The position numbers and the translations under genes are program-made. Shown piece by piece: positions 23,374-33,963 of a stretch of DNA of 64,000 bases. The notes under the pieces are model-generated. The model saw only the letters and a program-made list of their open reading frames with translations, was not told the origin of the DNA and searched no databases. The DNA comes from Minutocellus sp. GHC0000111 (Eukaryota): NCBI GenBank assembly GCA_977018835.1, contig OZ361258.1:930001-994000 (forward strand). Reading direction: 5' to 3'. The first letter of the stretch is position 1, and every line of letters starts with the position of its first letter.

Positions 23374-25902
23374 ATGCGAGGCTCATCGTCGTCGCTGCAC
23401 CTCTCGCGGTCGGCGGCATCCCTCGCCGTCCTCCTCCTTGTCAGCATTGGCAGCTCTCTGGTCGAGGTCGAATCGGCCATCATCATCAGCGAGGTGGCCG
23501 ACAAGGGCAGCCGATACGCCTGCGACGGCAACGACTGGATCGAACTGCACAACTCCGGCGCCGACGTCGTCAGCCTCGACGGATACACTTTGCACGACGA
23601 CCGTGGTCCGTCGGGGATCGAGTCCTTTTTCTTTGGTGGAAACGGAGGTGCCGAAACAATCTCCCCAGGAGACTACCTCCTGCTTTGCAACCTGCCGTTT
23701 GGAATCGGCGGGAGGGATCAGGTGACCCTGCGCGACCCGGAGGGCATCGTCGAATCGTCGACCGGCGGCAGCCTCACCGACGGCGGGGCCAGCGGCATCA
23801 CCCTGGCGTGGGAGGAATCCACCGGATCGTACCTCTACACCCGTACGCCCACCCCAGGAGAAGCCAACGTCGTCACTGCACCGCTGACGCCAGAGGAGGT
23901 CCAAAGCCAGCTCGTGGCGCAGAACGAGGTCGGGACGCAATTCTTCAACATGGATCTGTACGGTATGCCCGTGGACGGCGGCATGCCCGACGTGCTGGAC
24001 CTGCACGTGACCGTCGACGACGTGAGCTTGGCCAAGCTGACCGGACCGGAACGTGCCTACGAGACCTACTCCCCGTTCGAGGGTGCCGTCCTCACGGCCA
24101 TGGACGACAAGTCGAACGTGTTGGCCAACATGACCAGTTCCGGCAGGATCAGGCCCAAGGGACAGAGCACCATGTACCTCGGCGTTTGCATGAATCGCAC
24201 CACCCCGTACCAGCTCGATTGGGACTACACCGACCCGAACCAGCGATTCTTTGGGATGGAAAAGACCTACCTGCGCACGGCCTACAGCGATCCCAGTTTC
24301 AGTCGGGAGTGGGCCAGCCATCGGATGCTGGCGCGCTTCGGTCTGCCCCACCTGAGGACGCGTAAGGTTCGGTTCTTTTTGAATGATCAGTACATGGGCC
24401 TGTACAATCTCATGGAGGCGGTGGATCAGGAATATGTCTTCAAACGAAGCTTTCCCGACTACGATCCTGAGAATTATGGCATCTACAAGGTCAAGACCCA
24501 GTCCATCGATTGTGGACGGTACGGTGAAGAATCTCTCGCCAAGGCTCGAGCGAGGGTAAACGAAACTGACGGTCCGTACGTATTCGAGCGTGGGGAGCAC
24601 CGTCCCCTCATCCCCCCTCTCAACGATGAGCTGCAGTGCTTCGGGCCCTTCATCAACAACATCGCGGTTTTGGAACAGCAAGACATTCACCTTGCGTATG
24701 TGCGATCCGGCGAGGGCGATTGTGGTGAATTCCTCGTCGACATGGGTCTTGTCGACCGTGATCTGGGACCCAAGGAACTCGACGAGAAGGCCGCCGCCTT
24801 CATCGATGCTCACCTTGCCGCCAACTCGTGCGACGATGCCCAATGCTCCAACTCCGTCCTACCCGACTTTGTTGACGTGACGCAAATATTGCGAAACTTG
24901 GCCACTCAAGCCGTCATCCTGCACGGCGACTCGCCGCTCGGAAACGGCAACAACTACTACATGGCCTATTCCGGCAGCGGTAGGTGGAGCATGGCGCAGT
25001 ACGATCACAACAACGTCATGTCTCAGACCTCGGCCGTTCTTTGCGACGGGGCTTGCATGCTCAGCATGATCAACTGGTCGATACTGAGACCGACCTGCCG
25101 AAGCATCGAGGACAATCAGTGGGCAGGGCCGATGCTATCGAACGATGCCCGCCGCGCGGAATATGTGGAGCACGTCCGTGATTTCGTTGACAATGTCCTT
25201 ACAGATGACTTCATTGAGGTTATCGAGAATCACATGGAGGCCATCAAAGATCTTGTTCCCGTGGATCCCTGGAGCGACTACGCCCCACTATACGACGGCT
25301 ATGAATTGGCCGATGGAGAAGAGTGGTTCCAAATGATTGATGGTGGGCCGTTTGGCGAGTTACCTTATGTGCCATTCCTTTCTGCACTTCGGGCTCGAAT
25401 CACCTCTGTGAAGGAGCAGCTGAAAGCCATCGATGAGGATGCTTTTCCTCGAAGCATTGGCGAGTACAACCCAGGAGAGGCGTGTGTTGACTGGACGACT
25501 GAGAGTCCACCTGACTTCCCATGTCCAAACAATTGCTTCTATGATGGCTGCGGGGGAGAGAATTTCCTTGCCCGACCATTTTGCGACCCCGAAAGCCAGA
25601 TGTGCTTTGTCGGGCAGCTAGCATTCGAGTGCTTTGGCATTCCAAGTGGGGATCCGTATCCCGGAGACGAATCTGGCACATCCTTCTGCGTTACTGCGGA
25701 CGGATTCCCTGCCAAGGCAAGTCTATGTCCTCTGTATGAGGGCGGGGCTGAGGATACAGATGCTTCTGACAATGGCAGCGCCGGCATAATGGGAGATGGT
25801 GCCGACACCACCAGTGCAGCGGGAAATACGTACCAGCTGGCCTCGATTTTCTCGGCCATGGCTGCTTCAATTGGAGTGTTGTTGGCGAGTCATGAAATAT
25901 AG
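23374..25902 (+). CDS. cotH: Secreted, probably GPI-anchored CotH-family kinase with N-terminal lamin-tail domain
   Basis: Signal peptide; LTD motif IIISEV..DWIELHN...TPTPG; CotH motifs KGQST, FFGMEK, DPSFSRE, LNDQYMGLY..MEAVD, IYK, DSPLGNGNNYY, YDHN; Cys-rich region; hydrophobic C-terminal tail. Confidence 0.88.
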   Translation: MRGSSSSLHLSRSAASLAVLLLVSIGSSLVEVESAIIISEVADKGSRYACDGNDWIELHNSGADVVSLDGYTLHDDRGPSGIESFFFGGNGGAETISPGDYLLLCNLPFGIGGRDQVTLRDPEGIVESSTGGSLTDGGASGITLAWEESTGSYLYTRTPTPGEANVVTAPLTPEEVQSQLVAQNEVGTQFFNMDLYGMPVDGGMPDVLDLHVTVDDVSLAKLTGPERAYETYSPFEGAVLTAMDDKSNVLANMTSSGRIRPKGQSTMYLGVCMNRTTPYQLDWDYTDPNQRFFGMEKTYLRTAYSDPSFSREWASHRMLARFGLPHLRTRKVRFFLNDQYMGLYNLMEAVDQEYVFKRSFPDYDPENYGIYKVKTQSIDCGRYGEESLAKARARVNETDGPYVFERGEHRPLIPPLNDELQCFGPFINNIAVLEQQDIHLAYVRSGEGDCGEFLVDMGLVDRDLGPKELDEKAAAFIDAHLAANSCDDAQCSNSVLPDFVDVTQILRNLATQAVILHGDSPLGNGNNYYMAYSGSGRWSMAQYDHNNVMSQTSAVLCDGACMLSMINWSILRPTCRSIEDNQWAGPMLSNDARRAEYVEHVRDFVDNVLTDDFIEVIENHMEAIKDLVPVDPWSDYAPLYDGYELADGEEWFQMIDGGPFGELPYVPFLSALRARITSVKEQLKAIDEDAFPRSIGEYNPGEACVDWTTESPPDFPCPNNCFYDGCGGENFLARPFCDPESQMCFVGQLAFECFGIPSGDPYPGDESGTSFCVTADGFPAKASLCPLYEGGAEDTDASDNGSAGIMGDGADTTSAAGNTYQLASIFSAMAASIGVLLASHEI

Positions 25903-26248
25903 ATCTTAGATAGAGCTGTAATTGTTGTTTTAGAGCTAATTAATTGATGTCTTTGAAGAGATAGCCTTGCCGGCCTCACCCTCCCGTCAACGTCGCCGAA
26001 CTTCGCCGAATCAGGAATCCGGTCTCTCAATTTCGGTGCACATGTAAGGATCCGGTCTCTTAATTTCGTACCATCTCTGGCCCTTGCCTCTACTTGCATG
26101 AGTTATCGCGTAGGTGAGGGCAATGGTGTGAATTTGCGAATTGTTGGCGGATGTATGAATTACGTTTCTTTTTTAAATTGGCAGGTCCTTCTGTGGCGGA
26201 TTTATGATTTGTAATTCACATATTGGCGAGTTTTGCGGCGGATTGAAT

Positions 26249-26408
26249 AGTTGCATCTCTTGGTTTGGTGCAGATTTAAGAGTTACATCTCTTGGTTTGG
26301 TGCAGATTTAAGAGTTACATCTCTTAAATTGGTGCAGATTTAAGAGTTACATCTCTTCGTTTGGTGCAGATTTAAGAGTTACATCTCTTAGTTTGGTGCG
26401 GATCAAAG
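26249..26408. repeat. 32-bp tandem minisatellite, 5 copies
   Basis: Unit AGTTACATCTCTTGGTTTGGTGCAGATTTAAG starting at 26249, 26281, 26313, 26345 and 26377. Confidence 0.95.
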
Positions 26409-26580
26409 AATTATTGCGCGGATTTATGAACCTCCCCTTCTTTCCCTCTCTTATTTTTAGCAGCAGCAAGAGTTTTGCACACATATTTGTACTGGCATAC
26501 CACTAACAAACAAGGCACTCGATTTCTTTCATTTGTTGAGATCGATCAACTACAATACATGTAGCCAGCAATCTTCAATC

Positions 26581-27189
26581 ATGAAGAGAACTGGAAATGA
26601 TGATTTTGATTTTGCAGCTAAAAGGTTTGAGGCCATGAAATCAAGGTATTCTTCTCATCAAGTAGAAATGCCGATCGAAACAGGAGCCTACCAAAAAGGA
26701 AAGAATGGAGAGAATCCGAGAACGAGAAAAGATGAATTTGCTCGCCTTATGAAAAGTAGCAGACGTAAATTTCGAAGCCCGCCAGCCGAAGGAGTGGCAT
26801 TGCCACAACCGAACGACATTGCTGTTGGAATATCTAGTGTCGATGCGCAAACACACGTATTCGGTGAGCCAGAAGGCGATGGCAGCGCGTTTCGTACCAT
26901 GGCTAATTACCAACAAGCTCTCGTCAAAGTCAAGGTTGAAAACGCAAATCAGGCTGCCGAAATATCCAAGCTCCAATGCGAGATCGAGAAAGAGAAGAAG
27001 TCAGCTGCCGCTCATCTACTGAGCCTGGAGAGGATGAAGGAGTGCGTGATCTGCCAAGCTGCCGACAAATGCGTGGCTTTATTTCCTTGTTCTCATCTTG
27101 CCCTGTGTCACGAGTGCCAGCATCTTGTCGACGAGTGCCCTATGTGTCGCAACAAGGTCGAAGAGAGAAGGATGGTGAAGCTAGTGTAA
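26581..27189 (+). CDS. Coiled-coil + C3HC4 RING finger protein (paralogous 3' module to 18744-19022)
   Basis: ECVICQAADKCVALFPCSHLALCHECQHLVDECPMCR. Confidence 0.8.
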   Translation: MKRTGNDDFDFAAKRFEAMKSRYSSHQVEMPIETGAYQKGKNGENPRTRKDEFARLMKSSRRKFRSPPAEGVALPQPNDIAVGISSVDAQTHVFGEPEGDGSAFRTMANYQQALVKVKVENANQAAEISKLQCEIEKEKKSAAAHLLSLERMKECVICQAADKCVALFPCSHLALCHECQHLVDECPMCRNKVEERRMVKLV

Positions 27190-27213
27190 TCGCCGAATCA
27201 TGCAATACTCCTA

Positions 27214-28647
27214 TCACTCCGCCCAAGGCTGCACCAGCTGTACAACGGCCTCGCCCAACGCCCCATCTTGCCAGACATATCCACCTTCTAATCCAATAGC
27301 CACCCTGTTTCCAAAATTATCATGCAATATACGCCCAATTTCTCGAAAGTCCTCCTTCTGGAGCTTCAAACCACTCGTAGCGTCGACCTCCAATGCATCA
27401 AATCCCGCTGCTAAAATAAGGACCTGGGGCATATCCTTTCCGTCACTTGTGAGGAATGATAATACTCGTTCTATCAGTGCCTCTTTGTATCCACTTTCGC
27501 CCTCCCAGATGGTTCCCTTGGCCAGCGGTATATTGAGAATATTCCCCAGTGGTCCTTTGTCATCAGCAAAGGGACTTCTCGGGTCGACACTCTTTTCCTT
27601 CTTCTCCACGTCCTTTCCACTCTTGAACCAATTCTTCTCGATGACTTCTTCATGAATCGAACAATATCGTATCCGTGCTTCGTTTTGTACGCAATTGGCA
27701 ATTCCATTGCCATGATGGGCATCAATATCGAGTATCGCTACACTATTTGCTCCCAATTCTAGCGCTCGGAAAGCCGCAATTGCCGGGCCATTCAGCAGGC
27801 ACCCACCCATACCCCGAGATGCACACGCATGATGAGATGGCGGCCGAGTCAGAGCGAATGAAACTTCATTGGCATTCCTTTCGGGCTTCATGACAGAATC
27901 GACCGAATCAATCCAATCAGCAACACCGGCAACTGCTGCATCGTAGGAATGCTCGTCAATCAATGTGCGCATCACCACTGGATGAGGACGCCTGATCCGA
28001 GCAGTCTGCCTAGCATCTTTCACGGCTTCTTTGACTTCTCTGATGTATTCCTCGCCGTGAACCTGATTGATGAGCCGCAAGGCATCGCTCAAATCTCGTC
28101 CCTCTTCGTTGGACACGACGAGATTGTATCCGTCTTCTTTTTGTATTCGCCCAACAATATCCCTTATCCTTCCTGGCTTGTCGACCACAAATTTGGCATC
28201 ATATCCCCCATCTTTCGGCAAGTTGGCTGCCCGTGCTTCGTCTCCACCAAGCAATTTATATCCTGCAATGGCCGAGGCTGCAGCAGATAATAAGGTGATG
28301 CCATCGGCATATTCCGACGAGATGGAGGCTGTGGGGATGATGACCAGTTGACAAATGACAACGGTCAGTGCCATGGCGCCCAGAGCACCGATTGTTGCCA
28401 TAGAGCTGGTACTATTGTCCTCTGCAATTTCGTGTTGGGCTGTGGAATCATCCATCGCGGGCGTTTGGGGTCTCTCGTCATCCAACAGCGCCAGATGGTC
28501 CAAGGCAGATGGAGAGTAGCGAAAGGATACGGCCCTCAAGGCTGACGCTGATCTTATTGGCGATCGAGAAATGGGAAATGATTGCACGCGGCAAAGGCAT
28601 GCAGATGCAAATATGCATGCGATTGAGCGTAAAGGAGGCAGACCCAT
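27214..28647 (-). CDS. Histone deacetylase-family protein, probably plastid-targeted
   Basis: RPPSHHA, GGCLLN, ILDIDAHHGNG, SIH, AAGFDA..D, LEGGY; signal peptide followed by SF. Confidence 0.88.
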   Translation of the reverse strand: MGLPPLRSIACIFASACLCRVQSFPISRSPIRSASALRAVSFRYSPSALDHLALLDDERPQTPAMDDSTAQHEIAEDNSTSSMATIGALGAMALTVVICQLVIIPTASISSEYADGITLLSAAASAIAGYKLLGGDEARAANLPKDGGYDAKFVVDKPGRIRDIVGRIQKEDGYNLVVSNEEGRDLSDALRLINQVHGEEYIREVKEAVKDARQTARIRRPHPVVMRTLIDEHSYDAAVAGVADWIDSVDSVMKPERNANEVSFALTRPPSHHACASRGMGGCLLNGPAIAAFRALELGANSVAILDIDAHHGNGIANCVQNEARIRYCSIHEEVIEKNWFKSGKDVEKKEKSVDPRSPFADDKGPLGNILNIPLAKGTIWEGESGYKEALIERVLSFLTSDGKDMPQVLILAAGFDALEVDATSGLKLQKEDFREIGRILHDNFGNRVAIGLEGGYVWQDGALGEAVVQLVQPWAE

Positions 28648-28998
28648 TCTTCTTGTTCAAGTTGAAGAGAAGATTTGGGTGGATCTTTTTTTCGTGTCTG
28701 AAAGTAGAGGCAAGATATGTCGGATTCAGTCAAATGAAGAATGTGCCTTCGGCGAGGCAAAAATGTGCAGCTATCCAAGTGGCAATAGACAAGGCCGCTA
28801 CGGAGCAAGTCTGCTTGGTCCTGGAAGCAACTCCTCTGCTTCTATTCTGGTGCCACCTCTGGGTTGTGACGCTCGAAGGTTTGACTGGTGTGGTCTGCGA
28901 ATAAGGAAATATTTGAATTCATCCAATAAGACAAAGAATTGGAGAATTCATATTCCTTCGGCCAACCAACCCATTATTATTCAAAGAGCGCCGCAACC

Positions 28999-29340
28999 AT
29001 GGCCGCCGCTGATGATGACGAAGACATGACCCCGCCTGAAAGCCCACCATCTGCGGCGAAGAAATCTACGAAAGTCAGCACTGATGCCGTACCCAAGGCT
29101 GCTGGCAGCACATCTCGAAAGAGATCGCGGAGGGATGACGACGAAGACATGCAGGAAGCCCAAAGTGATGGGAATGGAGGCAACAAGTTCCCCGAAAGCG
29201 ACGGAAGGAAGCGCAAGGTGCGGCGTCAATTCTGGGAATTACATGTTTCGTGTAATTAAAAGGTAAAACCTACACACATGTACGACCGTGGTGTTGTTTA
29301 CGCATCTAATTTATTTTAGCTCAGAACGATGTGTTTTCGC
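28999..29340 (+). pseudogene. 5' fragment of an unknown gene (exon 28999-29217, intron 29218-29319), truncated
   Basis: Acidic/basic NLS-like first exon; GT donor, CTAAT branch site and TTTTAG acceptor; then immediately the antisense of the next gene. Confidence 0.45.
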
Positions 29341-30800
29341 CCGATCCATCCTGCTCATCCGGCTCGGCATTCGGATCAAATGCAGGAAGGTCGAAACCTT
29401 CCTCCTCGGGGACGAAGTCAATGTAGAAATTACCCCCCACAAAAACCGGGACGCGATTGACATCCTCCGCATAAAAGAAGGGAGTGTCAAACTGTCCGCC
29501 AAAGATCTGGTTCAAGAATTCCACGTCAGACAGAGCCTCGCTATCGGCACCGAGTTCATCTTCCGGATTGTCCTCAAGACCAAGGGCATCGGCAACAAAC
29601 TGAGCATCGGTTTGTTCCTCGGCATCGCCGAGAATGTCCTCCTTGGTTTCGGTGGTATCCACATCACCGTTTTCATCGGAAGCCTCGAGGATGCGTTGAG
29701 CAGCCTTCCTAACTGTGGAGTCAGTGTGAGCAAGTGCCTGGAACATGTTCTGCACATGTCTTGACCGAGCCAGATGACGGCGGCTACTGCGGTTCTGTCG
29801 CAGTCCTCTCCTGGTCGGCACAACCGAGTCATCGGCACATCGATCATCATCCAACGCCACGGTCAGACCTGGAATGTTACCCCCTAGAGTTGGGAAAGAA
29901 GACAACGTCGGTACCGGATTGTCCAACCCGTCCATACGTCTCGGCAACATTCTGCATCTCCCCGGCCTCGACGTCGGCATTTTCATTGTGAATGCGCACT
30001 GATGCCGTCGACCCCTCGGCGATGCTGTTGTACATGCCCGCTACAGTTTGAAGATCGACGCAGGCGTAGGTGGGGAGCTTGTTGGTCGGCATTATTCCGG
30101 TGTCGTCATAACCATGACTTTCGGTGTATTCGACCTCCATATTGACGGTAGTGCCTGAAACGGTACGAGTGCCGACAATGTTGCCGTCCTCCTTGAAGAT
30201 CATGACATCCTGAGGGACATATTCCTCAGCTACTGCTGCATCGTTGGCCGCACCACCAAGCCGACGCTGCTGATTGCTCGTAGTAGAGGCCGAAACCTCG
30301 GGAGGGCCACTGAGGGAAGTGTCCTGCGCCAACCGAGCGGCGGCAAAGGCGGTGCCCATGTTGGCCAGGGCCAGTACCACGGCGAACACCGACAGACCAA
30401 TAATGAGCTTGCGCTGCGTGACGTTCTGATGCTGCAACGCGAGCTGTTTCTGCATGAGGGCGTAGACCTTTTCGTTGCTGAGCTTGCCGGAATTTTCCGT
30501 GTCCATGTTGCGGCTGCGAAGATAAGAAAGTGAGGAACAAAGGAGCAGAGCATGAGAAGGATGATGAAGCGAAATAAATAAGGAAAGAAGACGATGCATC
30601 AATTTATGCGGGACAATATGCATGCATCAATTGAAGCACCTCTGGGTGTGTCGTGAAAGTGCAATTCAAAAGAACAAAACTTACAGCGCCTGCTCGGCCT
30701 CGTCGAGCTTGCCGTCGCCGTCGAAATCGTACTGCTTCGACACGGCCGAGAGGGTCCTCTGGGTCATCTTGGGAGAGTCTTTGCGATCGGGTCCAGCCAT
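29321..30800 (-). CDS. EF-hand-like single-pass membrane protein; intron 30684-30514 and a 1-bp frameshift near 29895
   Basis: YDFDGDGKLDEAEQA|LRNMDTENSGKLSNEKVY, TM LIIGLSVFAVVLALANMGTAFAAA; frame switch FFP to PTLGGNIPGL. Confidence 0.7.
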
Positions 30801-30939
30801 GGTGGTGAGCACTTTTGGGTGCTTGACGCCGGTGCAAATAACAATATTTCTGGCGGGACTGGACTCTTTGTCTCGGGTACAAACCCTTGCAAGTCGAACA
30901 TTTACCGATGGGGTGGAGTGGAATGACACAAGACGGAGG

Positions 30940-31850
30940 CATCTGTTCTACGCATCATTTCTCAAGCCTTTGTATGAGCTCTGCGACGATTCGCTTTTGA
31001 ATGGTACGAGTAAACGTGATAGGAAGCAAACTGCCTTCCATCGACTTTTGGCAGAGGGGCTGAGACTTTCAAAGTCAGATGCAAAGTCAATGGAAGCCCT
31101 TCTGCGAAGTTCGACTGATCTGCGAGATCTTGTTGGGGACTTAGATGTCATGAATAGCAACTTATCAAACCAAGAGAAGTCTGATCTTCGGTGGCGCTTT
31201 TGGAAAGCACTTAGACCTCTTGGTAGATTGCGGAAAGAATCGATCGTGTTCTCCCCCTCACTTCATTGCCAATGCCGTTGTCATCAGTTGCAGTCGAGAA
31301 ACATTTTCGTTTGATTCACATCATCGAAATTGAACTGTGGGCCTGGATTCCAATGTGCTTGAAGGTCAGTGCAAGATGCAGCCCATCGTGAGCGGAGCTC
31401 AGATTCAAAAACATGTGCTGCCTGGAATGCAAGGGAAGGCGTTTCAAGAAGTGCTTTCGGCACAAGAAGAGTGGCAAACAAATGCGACGACACTGTCATC
31501 ATCATCTTCCTAATGATGACGTTGTTGAATTCGATGTTGAAAACCAACTCATCGACCATCTACAAACAAAGTTTCCTCAGTATAAGGAATAAATTAGCAC
31601 TTAGGTTTGTAAAAGGATCACTGAAAGATGTTAATTGACCATGTGATCTCCATTCTCTGCAATAATTCAGTCGCCCAAGCATGTGGTTGGGGGGTCGCTT
31701 AGGACAACTCGGGGTTAAGGTTTCCATGCACGAATCCGCGGAAGAAAGATGCGGGGATTGAGGCTCATAATCACTGAACGTGGAGGTCGCCCAGTGCAAT
31801 AGATCGAATGTATGCTTCCAGACTGAGTACTTGCAAAGGTTCGGCAAATG
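30940..31850. pseudogene. Gene fragments on both strands (plus about 30940-31260; minus about 31260-31640 with an internal stop)
   Basis: Coding-like peptides without starts (FYASFLKPLYELC...RWRFWKALRP; LFLILRKLCL*MVDELVFN...). No family recognised. Confidence 0.3.
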
Positions 31851-32339
31851 AGCGCCTCCGCTGAAATGCGCTCGCCTTACTTTTGGCTTACGACAAACTC
31901 TTTCTGCCTCATCTTTTCCCTCCTCGACATCGTGCTAATCGCTCTCGGTCCTGACCGACCGGGCGATCATTTTGCGCGCCAGTTTTATCTGATGTACAAC
32001 TTCCTCACTTCGGCGATATGGTGTCTTGATATTGGATGCGGTGTATTCGGCAATGTCCGCGAAGATTTGAACAGGGACAACGAATCAAGTACAAAGGAAT
32101 CGAAGAAAATAAGGATCATGGCATACGGCGAACTTTTTGTTGCGGTGTACGTCCTCCTCGATTCGCTTGTTGTGGTCATCAAGTGGAAGATGCCAAAGCA
32201 TGATCATACGGGTGGTATGCTGGTAGATTGTATCATCAATGCTTTCGCGTATACATTCGCTACATATACCTTGGCTTCAACAATTATAAGAGATCGAAAA
32301 CAATCAGAGGATAGATATGTTCCGATTATCGATGAATAA
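31848..32339 (+). CDS. Uncharacterised 4-TM membrane protein
   Basis: 163-aa ATG ORF with four hydrophobic segments. Confidence 0.65.
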   Translation: MSASAEMRSPYFWLTTNSFCLIFSLLDIVLIALGPDRPGDHFARQFYLMYNFLTSAIWCLDIGCGVFGNVREDLNRDNESSTKESKKIRIMAYGELFVAVYVLLDSLVVVIKWKMPKHDHTGGMLVDCIINAFAYTFATYTLASTIIRDRKQSEDRYVPIIDE

Positions 32340-32574
32340 GTTAATCACAAACATGTACTTTATTCTGTACATTATTACATTACAAACGCCAATATGGGCG
32401 ATCATAAGCGTGAGGAGTGGTCGAGCATAATAATATAATCTTAAAATTTCATTGAAAGGCGGCTAGTTTGGAAAGATCATCTGGCTGAATGGAAATTTGT
32501 TTGCTTCTGGAATAATCAAGCCAAGCTTTTCTTTACTAAGTTTGCCCATTCTTCTCTAGAAATCTTTCATCATC

Positions 32575-33353
32575 CTACGGCCTCGATTTACTATTTGTTC
32601 GAAGGTCACTGGTATCATCTTCGTCATCATACAACATATCAACGGGACATTCCGCGTCCTCATCTTCAGCCAAGACACAATCGTTGCAGAACTCCATCAC
32701 CTGCGAGGGAGTCATGTGGTAAATATCCTCATAAACCTCACAGTTTCCGGTGGCGACACATCGATCGGCGCAGTACTGCTGCGGATTCTTCTCCGCCATC
32801 TTCTTGTCGCGACGGAGCTGCATGGGGTTGATGGCATCGGAGCCAGATGACGATCCGTTGCTTCCACCGCCCAGCTCGTTGGACAGGAGAGATTCGGCTG
32901 CCTCGGGATTGGAGAGTGGTTCGAGATATTGCTTGTTCTTGGCTGGTGGTGGGAGAATTTGCGGCGTTGGCATAAGTGAGTATGAAATGTTGTTGTTGGG
33001 AAAACAACTCGAGCAACCGTCCAACAATGCATGAGATGTGATACTTTTGTGTGTCCAGTCGTATCAATCACACCATACCACTCACCTGTAAACTCCGCCT
33101 CCCACTCCTTCAACTTGCCCACGCGAACCAGCTCTCTATCGATTAAATCGGCAATGTGATCTTCCAGATAGAGAGTTGTCGACGATGGCTTGTCGATGGC
33201 GTTGGACGTGGAAGTCGAAGTTCCGGTTCTGGTTCGAATTCGGTTGATCTTGTTGGCTGAAGATGGGCTGAAAGCCGAGACCATGGAGGAGCTATCGGGA
33301 GACGAACCGAGGAGGAGGATTGCGAGGACGGAAAGAGACTGCATGTTTGTCAA
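32575..33353 (-). CDS. Plastid-targeted protein with Cys-rich C-terminus; intron 33085-32943
   Basis: Signal peptide with VSA-FSP; splice joins EFT-A-KNKQY; C-terminal YCADRCVATGNC...FCNDC. Confidence 0.8.
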
Positions 33354-33963
33354 AATGGAGCGAGATCAGTCAAGCATGCGGTGGCAAAAGAAAGTTTACG
33401 AGATAATACGAATGCGCAATGCCATCAACTTGGCTTTGCGTTCTGCATGATCTTCACAGAAAATCTTTCTTGGCCGTCTGGCTTTCCGACAGCTGACACC
33501 ACCATCGTCATTCCGAAAACTCTGTCGCTTTTCAGCTTTTCAGCAGTCGAGCTATCCAGTTCGAGTTCCGAAGTGCCGTTTGGTCGGTGTCTGTCCATCA
33601 GCGGAATGAAGGGAACATAAAAAGGGGGATATGAAAATAATTTACATGGTCAAAGTTAGACTTGTGTAACCGGAATAGTGATTCTTGCCCCCCTAATCTT
33701 GGATGGTCGGAATGCCGAAGTTATTGCCGTAGAAATCCACGAAGGAACTGGTACATAGCAACGCAGAGTCGGAGTGGTGCTACCCCAAAATCATCCTGCG
33801 AACTTTTGGCGTCGCTCCCGAACCCGGGCGGTGGCGCGCTCTCGAGCCATCAGTTTCTTCTTGCTTGCTTGGCGTCGTCCTCCGGTTTGTGCCTTGGGAA
33901 TCTCCAACGAATCAAACTCCGGAATAGAGTTGCATACCCAACCGCCACAACGCTATCACCACC

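Noticed and set aside
23383..24843. 486-aa antisense ORF, and similar shadows over MATE and TrmH
   Set aside because: These are antisense shadows of GC-rich genes, with no motifs.
26249..26408. CRISPR-like array of 32-bp repeats
   Set aside because: The units are directly tandem with no unique spacers, there are no cas genes, and the context is eukaryotic.
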